The notes below the pieces were generated by a model. The model ran no database searches. It had not been told where the DNA came from and was given only the letters and a program-made list of their open reading frames with translations. Position numbers and translations under genes: made by a program. From Bilabrum cf. latius (taxonomy: Eukaryota), in the NCBI GenBank assembly GCA_965178125.1, contig OZ237767.1:186001-250000 (forward strand): a stretch of 64,000 nt of DNA, given 5' to 3'. Positions within the stretch are counted from its first letter, which is position 1. The number at the start of each line of letters is the position of its first letter. Below, in pieces: positions 26,850 through 36,800 of the stretch.

Positions 26850-27976
26850 TTAAGATGCCTTCGACTTCGACCGACTCCAAACCAGAGGTGCATTTCAGGC
26901 CGGGGGAATGCGTGGACCCTTAGCTGTGGGCAGAGGATACCTGCGTTGGTGTGAAAGCCGGCGCAGCAGCAGTAGAGAGCCACTGCAGTTCCCACGCATC
27001 GGCTGGGTCCGCATCAGCCGCCGCCGTTCAGGGCGCACTCGACACGAGGCCTCGAGTGGTCGTCCTGGTCGCCCACAACGAACCCAAGCGAACGTTCGAT
27101 GCCTTGCTGCGAGCAGGCGTGCCGATCGAGAGCGCGACTATCCCGCCCGGCGGGGGCGACCTCCTGTGGGCGGTGAGGGTGGGCCAGCAGCTCTACATGA
27201 CGGGGCACGCAGCGGAGAGGAAGACTGCAGAGGACCTGACGGGCTCTATCATGTCGGGATCAGGCAAGAGCAGGTACCTGGAGTAGAAGTACTACCTGTG
27301 GAGGAGCGGGCTGAGGAGACTCATGTACATTCTTGAAGGGGACACGGACAAGAGGCAGATAGTCGGTGGGTCGGTGAATACCGCGCTGATGGCGCTGTCG
27401 GCAGATGCCTCCACTGTGTCTGAAGGCTTCGCTGTGTGGAGAACGGAGGACCTCGCGCACACTGGTAGAGTCGTGGCCCGTCTAACGGAAGCCATCCAAG
27501 CGGTGGCTATAGGCAGAGAGGGCCACCTCAGGAAAGAGCAGGAGTGGAGAAGGTATGACCGGACTTTCGAAGCGTGGTGCACTGGTCTGAAGGCAATCAG
27601 ACAGAACCAACACTCACTTGGTATGGTCTCGCGCCGCATGCTGGGCCAGATTGGGGGTCTCATGAGCAGGCAGATCGATACGATCTTGCACTCGTACGGG
27701 ACATACGGGGCACTGGTGCATGCGCTTAGGCGCAGGTTTAACCACCCGCGGGAGGACTCTACTGGAGGATAGGTTGGAACGGATCATGCAATCAGTGGAA
27801 GAGCAGCTGGTGGGCTATCAGCATTCATTTCGAGGGCGGAAAGGATGACGGCTGCGGGACAGCTGCTCATGGTGTTGGTGGTGCCGCCAGGAGGTCAAAA
27901 ACTGACCGATCTTAGCGCGAACAAAGTGGTCACTGCAGTGCTTGGTGTGCACGAATCCAATGAAGGATCTGACTGA
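23729..27976 (+). CDS. MUS81: Crossover-junction endonuclease MUS81-like, ~1415 aa
   Basis: One frame from ATG 23729 to TGA 27974-27976 with ~18 in-frame TAG. N-terminal HhH-like region (LAYRRAALSIQK..KIKNVG*KLS), winged helix (YGSAGYAIMLVLY..WYTGWSTMSTLV..FRLTPIG), ERCC4 nuclease (GDLLW..ERKTAEDL.GSI..RYLE*K..SGLRRLMYILEG), C-terminal MLGQIGGL. Confidence 0.85.
26818..26847 (+). repeat. (CAG/AGC)n microsatellite encoding poly-Ser in MUS81
   Basis: About 10 consecutive CAG units; the MUS81 frame reads AGC. Confidence 0.9.
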
Positions 27977-28038
27977 TTTGAAGCAGCCAGAGAAGCTAAT
28001 GATGACTAGTTGATGCATCCATTGAGTCCGCTTTAATT

Positions 28039-28467
28039 TCACCCATTCCACCCGATTGCTGACTCTAGCAGCTTCACGCACTCGTCGTGTCCTCCCAGCC
28101 TGGCAGCTTCCAGAGGCCCTACCATGCGAACGCTGTGCTTAACACGCCCTTTCATCGAAAGCCCGCCAGCTAGCGTGCCCAGCCTCAGCCTCTTTGACAT
28201 GCCTTTTCCAACAGCAAAGAGCACGTCTGCGTGCACACCGAGTCCTTGTCCCAGGTCCAGTACGCGCAGTGTTCGGTTCGTGCGCAAGGCCTCAGCCACA
28301 GCGAGCTACGACTAGACATGTGACAGCTTCATCACCCTGACGCTACCAGACTAGATTTTCATCGCGCAAAGTGCTACCCGAGCCGCATACTTGTCGGGTG
28401 GTCGACACACATTCTGCCAGAACTCCCTGATAGGAGCCTTAGATTCACTCAACGACTCCAAGAACTT
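28039..28467 (-). CDS. Short ORF or gene remnant with LRR (RNI-like) and ankyrin-like fragments
   Basis: AVAEALRTNRTLRVLDLG (LRR-like) and PLEAARLGGHDECVKLL (ankyrin-like). The frame is open 28467-28039 through TAG at 28351, 28312 and 28306; start unclear (ATG at 28362 or 28332). Confidence 0.4.
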
Positions 28468-28489
28468 TCACATATCTGATACAAACTAA

Positions 28490-31400
28490 TCACTGCAAGA
28501 AGCGAGACGAAAGCACCGCCACCGCACGCTCAAAAGCTACATGCCTAGCCACCCCAGCGCAACCATGCCCATCCGCCTGAAGCCACCAGAAACCACCAGT
28601 CTTTGCCAGAGACTCATAGACCGTGTCAAACCGCATTCCAACAAAGGCCACCCTCTGCCAATGGGTTGTCCGCTTCAGCTGTGCGTGCATCGCTGCCTTC
28701 TGCTGGCGTGGGCGGGTATCGTCTTGGCTACCCCCACCATCTTCGCTATCCCCATCAACTTCACTATCACTTTGCCCAGCCATCCCACCCACCACCGCGT
28801 CGCCGTCCCTCCATCCACCGAGACCACGCACACGGATCCGTTTCGCCAAGCTCCGCAGACTTGTGGCAGCCTCCAGCACTGCATCCTTATCCTTCTCTCG
28901 CTTGGGCAGACCCGCCAGCTCCCTGTCAGCCATCACCACCGCCAATGCCCTCGCCCACTCGATGCACTCCACCCTGGACGTGACCCACTCATCGAAGAGA
29001 ATTTCCTGCTCGGGGGCCGTGTACCCGACGCCGTGGAAAATGCCCTGCATGTGCTCGCGGCACAGCTGCTTGGTGGCATGCAGGAGGTCCACGAGAATGC
29101 CTTTGTGGGCTGCTTTCGCGTCTTTTTCTTGCAGCGGCAACCCCCTCAAGGTATCATAGAGCATCGGTCTAAGCGTCAGAAGTGTGTCCATATATCGATT
29201 GCGCTAGGCAGAAGGCAGCATGTCAAATCGCGAAGCCTAGTCGTTCTGTACACATCGCATACGAACGCGAATGCGGTGCTCAGCATAAGATCGAGCTGTG
29301 ACGGGGCTTGCGATATGCAGTGGCGTAGATCTTCTGGCACCAGTCGCAATACGCCGCTGATCATCGCGCATATGACCAGCACCACGGGATACACATGCGC
29401 CCTCATTCGGCTCTACTGCACCAGTGTGTCCAGTAGTCGCCAGTTTGACTGCCATTTGGAGTCCTATCTCTGAGTGGTAGAAGTAGCCCGCAGCTCCACC
29501 TAGCAAGTACAGCATCAGGTACGTTCCCCACACATGAATTGCGACTGCCCTGCCGTGCATGTAGTATTCCGCAATCGCAACAAAAAACACAGGGACATAT
29601 GGAATGGTAGTGCGGAGAACAACCGACCAACATGATACCGTTAGCACGTACCCTGGTCTCCCACGGTAATCAAAGTGTTCGTGTGATTCGTAGGCACATG
29701 CAACATGCACCTCACAAGTCCCATTCCACCATCCGCTAACAAGTTTCGCAATAGCTAGTACAGCTGGAATGCCGAGAATAGCAAAACTCATGCCGCTGAG
29801 TATGGTCCACGTGAGCCCCAGTACGTTCTTGACGTTTGGTCCTGCACCTGCCAAAACAAAGGCTGCTGCGACAGCATACAGGGGTAGGGCAAACGAGAAC
29901 ACGACACCTGTATGAAAGGTGAGAATGTACACGTTTCCATCGTAATATTGCGCATTAACCCAATTCGGGAATCGACCCGGCAAACCTGCGAGACGGGCAT
30001 CCCGGACTCGCTTGAAGAGAGCATCAGCTGTACTATTCAGTCCAGTTCGCATGCCAACCAGCAAGGGAATCGCCAGCGTGGCTACAACTGACACTGCAAT
30101 ACCAGTACTGCGTAGCATTGGTATCCTACCGTTCGCTTCGTTGTGAAAGACTCTAGTATTTCCGCTCTAGCTAGATCGAATGCCGTGATCGATCGACGCA
30201 AATAGCAGCAACCACATCATGCAAGCGACTGTCAACATGCATCCAGCGTATGTACTTACGAAGGAGATCGTATACAAACCAGGCCGATGCAGTAGTAACG
30301 AAGCGCTCTTGAAAACAAGCCCTCTAGTTGGATCGTCAGCAGCTGTTGGCCTACTTGGGTACACGTCCCCCGAGAACAGATAAAGGCGAAGCCTACGCCA
30401 GCATTTCTGAAATGCCTCGTAGTTTATCCAGCAGCAGCATTCTTCATCATCCAAATCACCATATTCCACAAGGCTGGGACACGTCCAGTAGTATCCATCG
30501 CCACACGACGAAGCCACAAGCTCCTCATCCTAGGTCACTTCTGGCTCATGCGATTCCAGTACTCCCCCTGGAATCCACCATTTTGGCCGAAGCAACAGCC
30601 ACACAGGCAGCGCCAGCCACAAGAACCAGATGGACGAATTCCACCGCCGCAGTACCTCAAACGATCTATCTGCAGCTACTTCCTGCTCACCTGAGGGCGC
30701 GTCCTACCCTGCGAGCACATACGACACCGAGACGCCGCAAGCATTCGCAGCATCCCGCAAAACGCTAGGCCGCGATATAGACCACGTCTCGTTTCGGAAG
30801 TCGCGGACGCCTTCCCCAGCCAGCCTGTGCGCTGTGACTGCCTGCACACAACCATACGGATACACGCCATAGAAAAGTCCCCCAACGAACACTGCCATCA
30901 GCACGAGCGCCCATCCGTACATGCGCATCCTGTACACCTGTAGTGGGACCCACCAGTCAAGGCCGGGAATGGGACCAGGTGTAGTGCTTCTGGCTAGCCT
31001 GACAGACGGATGAGTCATTGCTTCTTCGGATAATCCACCGAAGAACTTTGAGAGATCACGATGAGCTCGCTCCATCGCGGTATGGTGCAGGTAGATGCTG
31101 CCTGCTGCCGCGATGCCTCGTCGGGGCAGGGGCGCAGGTTTGGCTGGATCCAGCCAGCGCTTGGGGTTGTTATCATGGTCTGTCACCTGAATCGAAACTC
31201 TGGATGCACGTCTGGGCTCGATGGGCGCTAATCTGCCTACCTCAGCCGCAGAGTGAGGGTTTGCGGCCAATGTGACAGCCTGACTCAAAGATCTAGCTTC
31301 TGTGATCCCCCTGAAGCGGGCAAGCTCTTCCTGTTCGCGGCGCGCAAGACCATCTTCGCCCTGCAGCATTGATACGCCGGCGCTAGACGTAGTCCCACTG

Positions 31401-33286
31401 TTATTGGCCTCATCATCTTCCACTCTCCTAAGCAGCAGTAATGCCTCTGCCAGACCAGAGGCGGTGGCCCGTGCAGCTGCCCGATCTGCGGGTCGACCAT
31501 TGTGGTACTCTTTGGATTGAATAGGCTCCATTTGCAGCTGGCCCCCGTGCGTAGCTTCTTCAGATCGGCCGTCTGATGCGGGACGTGTAGACGATTTCAT
31601 TAAATGCTGTGCTTTGGGACGGGCAGCTCCTGTGGCCTACATGCCAACATGCCGCGGGCAGGCATCACCCTTCCTAGTACTAGTACTCGGTCTGAACAGC
31701 TGGCCTCGAGCGCGCACAGCATTACGGTGCTGGAACAAGAATGAATCGAAACCACAGCGCGAGTCGGCCTCGTATGGCTCGTCGATCTGGAGTGAGGGGT
31801 TCGTCCGCATCTGCTTGCTGATGAAGAGAATCACGTGCAGCAGCACAGCGTCTGTGATTTCGCTCAGGCTCATCCCCGATAGGGGACCGGCTCCTATAGG
31901 TGTGACCCACTGTGACGAGTGCAATGACATAGCAGTCCCAGTAGCAGTTGGCCTGCTAGCGCCAGGCAATCTAGGTGCTGCTGCGGAGCTTAAGCTTGAG
32001 CTCGCTGCTGCACCTTGCCCGTTGCCTGTGCCCTTACCCTCGTCTTCGTCTTCGTCTTCGTCTTCGTCTTCGTCTTCGTCTTCCCCACCAAATGAGCCCC
32101 TGGCTGGCCAAGTGCGATTGTATTTGCTACAAGCCGCTGCTTCAACAATTTCATCGCTGTCGGTAGGATCCATTGGGCACAGGCAGTGCGTCCAAACTGG
32201 ACCGAATCGATTCCAAGCTGTTGGTCTGCCAGCAGCACCGGCAGCACCAGCAGCACCAGCAGCACCAGCAGCACCAGCAGAAGACCAAATCGATTCCATT
32301 CGATCGGATGCAGCTTCACGATTGGTTGCATCCGACATTTTGCCTCGAGCTCCAGTCAGAACGGACCCGCCTAGGCGGACTGTTCTGGCCAGGTCAGCGA
32401 CTTGCTCGATGCCGCATGGTGTCTCGGCCAGCATCGAAAGCACATGCCTTCTGGCTCTGACCGAGGCGCGGACAGAGGGACGTTGCTACCCTTGCTACGA
32501 CTTGTCACATGCGCTTTTGTCTACGCGTACAAGGGCATTTTCAATGGCTAAAGCTTTGGAAGTGCTAGTAGTGGTGGTGCCTCGCTTCGGGATTGCAGCG
32601 TTGCTCAGCTCCACTTCACTTTGATCTCGACCCCTGCCAGCAGTCGTTCTCCGATCCGCGTGAACTGATGGTACCACCAGCCTGCTAGCCGTTGTGAGTG
32701 CCATTTTGCTGCCCCCATCAGTAACGATTTCAGGACCGGCAGGGTCGCGCTGGCTGCCTTCGCTGGAGCTTGCTGCCGCCTCAGGCTGCCCACACACCTC
32801 GACGATGCAGTCATCGCCATTCACCTCCTGCAACTGCTATGCGTAATTGCTTGTATTTTCTTCCTTCTTCTAAGGAGTGATACATTCAGGGGTTGTCGCA
32901 CTTTCCTGGTCCTACATCTCGCCCAAGTCCGGCTGAGGGTGAGAGGCACCAGGGCTACTCCCTCTGTTTGCCAGGTCCTCTCGAAGAGCGATCAGCACAT
33001 CAACGAGTCGCAAGGCTGCATCAATACCCTGCATATCGCCCATAATGGAGGATTTGGGCTCGTCGGTGACTATGTCGATGGTTGAGCGCGCTCTCCGGAT
33101 GCTATTGGCCCAATATGAGTTGGCCATTGGGCTCTGCAACAAAGCTAGTATCGTAATACTGCATCGCCGTAATCTGCACACATCCGCCGTCGGTAGGTGC
33201 TCAATAATTCCCATGAAACATGCTGTGGACGACGACGGGAATGCACCGTGCGACATTGCGAGTAGAGTTGCAAAACATGGCAGCAT
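28490..33286 (-). CDS. F-box-like N-terminus plus multi-pass membrane protein, paralog B, ~1598 aa
   Basis: ORFs 32912-33286, 32495-32833, 31637-32443, 30704-31600, 30167-30517, 29237-30118 and 28490-29191 share one frame and are separated only by TAG. Ends TGA 28490-28492. Collinear with the paralog at 33879-39326. Confidence 0.75.
32040..32083. repeat. (TCTTCG)n hexamer repeat encoding (ED)n on the minus strand
   Basis: About 7 units seen directly. Confidence 0.9.
32231..32281. repeat. 9-bp tandem repeat (GCACCAGCA)n encoding (AGA)n on the minus strand
   Basis: About 5 units seen directly. Confidence 0.85.
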
Positions 33287-33878
33287 CCAGTCGCACCTTC
33301 GGATCAGTCATCGTATAACTACGTAGGTCACTTACCTGGTTTAGATCGTGCCAACTTCTGGAGCAAATCCGTAGGACGACTGGTCAGACCAGTAGCACTT
33401 TGCATACTTTCCGTTCCGATGGCAATTATGATACAATAAACGGCCAAATGCCGGCAGTGGCAAGTACTGCTGACCTCTCTAATCGGTTAGTAGCAAGCTT
33501 GTGTTACCTGTAACTGAAGTTGTACGTGGATTGAGCATGGGTTCAGCAATCACTCTGCAGCGCACGATCCTGCCGCTTTTTTTCTTGGCGAGGATAGATA
33601 TCATATCCCGGCACAACATACACGAATCGGGAGCGCATTGTCAGCAGTATTCCTTCAGAAGGTCTTGCAATCTCTGCACACTCGGCAGCTTGTAGCTTGG
33701 CACAGCAAGAACACGATCAACCAAAGTGTCGGTCACGTGCACCAAGAACCGGTCTGGACATGTAGGCTAAAGACTGCATATCTTCATTAGCGAGAAGCAA
33801 TCCTCGTGAGAACAGCTGGTAATATGGCATTTTCGTCTGGTTTGTGAGCGGTCGCCGTATCATGTGCTCTGCATCCGG

Positions 33879-36800
33879 ATGCTGCACTACTCTTCTGCCG
33901 CAGGCTGTTTCATGACAATACTGGAATTTCTTCCAACATCAGATGCGTGCAGGCTCAAACGATCCGACCGTGATATAAATGCCTTTCTTTTGAGCCCTAT
34001 GGCAAGCAAGTATTGGAAGATGAGCATCCGAAGAGCGCGATTCGAGCAGGACACGGCCGATGCTCCGCTGGCATACTCAATTGCAAAGGAGCTGGAGGGT
34101 ATTGATGAAGCCATTCATATGGTGGATGTTCTGATTGCACTGCGGGAAGGTCTTAGAAAAACCAGCATCACGAATGCAAAGCCCTCGACCGAAACCTCAT
34201 TAGACTAGGTCGCAAGCCTTGGTCGCATCATAATGGGCCACCACAATTGCAGCTAGCATGAAGTCGCCGCAGTGTCGAACGAGGGTCCGTCTTCCGGAGC
34301 AGGTCGAGATGGCCGCGCCGTGACCATGCGAGACACACACGCAGCAGAAAACGCCTCGCGCGAAGTGGCAGCCGGCAGGGGAGGGAGACATGCCCCTTCT
34401 GCTGCTTCAAGCACCCTGCAGGACACTGAGCTCCAACGGGCCCACAGCTACTGGCAGATCAATGCAAGCGATGATGCTTCCGCTTCCAACAGTGGTACGA
34501 GTCACCAAATCCGTGGGGCCGCTGCAGGGAGCGCCCGCATCCTGGGCGACGACTCTCATGCCATGCTCAATTCTGAAGCCGACGCAGCTGCGAATATGGC
34601 GACCCGTGCGCAAAACCCGGATACGGATGTCACGTTTGGCAATTTTCAGTCATTGGCATCGGGAACGGCAGCGGTCAGCACATTTTCCGAAGGCCAGGTA
34701 TTGAGGACGCTGCGTCGCTGCTGTGCGCAGGCCGAGCTTCTGCCGCACAAGAACAAGCAGCTCAAGCTCACGCACAGGTACCAGGTGCTTAGCACGCTTG
34801 CAGAGACACCGATCTAGGTCCGTTAGATTGCAGCACTGGCCCGGTTGGTACGGCTAGGTGGCGTGACTCTGGGCCAGGTGCACATCGGCAGGTAGATCTC
34901 GATGGGATCTCGCGAGGGTTTGCTGCCGTGGCTATCAAAACCAACTGCGACCGGCATCGCGCTTCGAATGCACGCCATAAGCCCGGAGCATGTTGCTACG
35001 CAAGCCATGGAAGACATGCGAAGGATAAGCATCGAGCACATGAGGCAGCACCCCCCTTCGCACCTGCGTCCGGGGCAGCTAGAGGATGAGCTGGATATGC
35101 TCCGGAGGGCGCAGCGAGGAGTGGCGGCACTAGTAGGAGCAGGCAAACCACTCACTACTCTGCCCAGCGACCACTACACTGCAAAAGAGGTTCTAGAAAG
35201 GGAAAAGGTGGGGAGAACTCCGCTTCACCCCGGCGAGAAGGCGATTTATCCAACGAAGCGGCACAACCGGGAGAGTATGGAGCACTCGTCACAGTGGGTC
35301 ACACCTATAGGAGCCGGTCCCCTCTCGGGGATGAGCCTGAGCGAAATCACAGACGCTGTGCTGCTGCACACGATTCTCTTCATCAGCAAGCATGTGAAGA
35401 TGCTTCGGGGAAGGTGGGGATGGCGGGATACGAACCAAGTCGACTACCTGCCAACCGGCTTCGACTCGTACCTGTTCAAACACCGCGCTCTGGCACGATC
35501 TATGGGGACGACGCCGCCCGCTTGGACGACGTCAAAGCTCAAAATGAGGAGAGAACCAGGCGTGCCAAACAGGGACGGCACTGCAGCCATGAGGGAAAGC
35601 GCAACTCGTGCCCGCCAGCCTCAGTCGCAAGGCAGTGCATCCATTCACAGCCAAGCTCGCCAGACGGCGGTTCAAAGTACCAGTGATGACGCTGCAGGTA
35701 GAACCCGGCCTCCTCTGCCTCCGATTCATGAACTCAATGCTCGGCCTAGAGCCGCATCAATGTCTGCCAGCGTGCCAGAGCCTTTGCCTGCGTAGTAGCC
35801 TGCGTCGGCTATCCCTTCTGCACATGAGTCTGCGAGTCTCCCTGCCGTGCCATCCACTGTGTTGACTGGTTCCACCGACTTGAAGCAGCGCGGGGTTTCC
35901 ATTAGTGGCGGCTGCCGCGCACCGGTACTGGTCTAGGGCATGGGCCCGTTCGTACAAACTACTCACCAGACTGGAGCAAGCAAGGCCACGCCCCATGGTC
36001 TTGGATAGGACAAAACTGGAGCAAGCAAGGCCACGCCCCATGGTCTTGGATAGGACAAAACTGGAGCAAGCAAGGCCACGCCCCATGGTCTTGGATAGGA
36101 CAAAACTGGAGCAAGCAAGGCCACGCCCCATGGTCTTGGATAGGACAAAACTGTCAACAGGGGAATCAGAACCTCTAGAACGCCAAGGCGACTTTCCAGG
36201 ATATCTATTCATGTATCCGACCAACATAATGACCCACAGCGCTGGCTGGATCCAGCCAAACCTGCGCCCCTGCCCCGACGAGGCATCGCGGCAGCGGGCA
36301 GCATCTTCCTGCACCACACCGCGATGGAGACAGCGCTGAAGGGCCTGCCTCGAGAGGAAAGCAATAGCGACGATAGCGATGACGAGTACAGCCGGGGTCC
36401 AATACAAGAGAATCCTGCTTATTTGGCCGGATATGTGCCCAATACCACCCCTGGTCCCATTCCTGGCCTTGACTGGTGGGTCCCTTTGCAGGTGTACAGG
36501 ATGCGCATGTACGGATGGGCACTCGTGCTGATGGCAGTGTTCGTTGGGGGACTTTTCTATGGCGTGTATCCGTATGGCTGTGTGCAGGCAGTCACAGCGC
36601 ATAGGCTGGCTGGAGAAGGCGTCCGCGACTTCCGAAACGAAACTTGGTCTATATCGAGACCTAGCGTTTTGCGGGATGCTGCGAATGCTTGCGGTGTGTC
36701 GGTGTCGTATGTGCTTCCGACCATCGGTGGAGCCGACAAAGAGCAGGCAGCCAATGTCGTGTTCAACATTCTGAGGTGGTGGAACTCATCAGTCTGGTTC

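Noticed and set aside
35970-36152. CRISPR-like array
   Set aside because: Head-to-tail identical units with no unique spacers, in a eukaryotic coding context.
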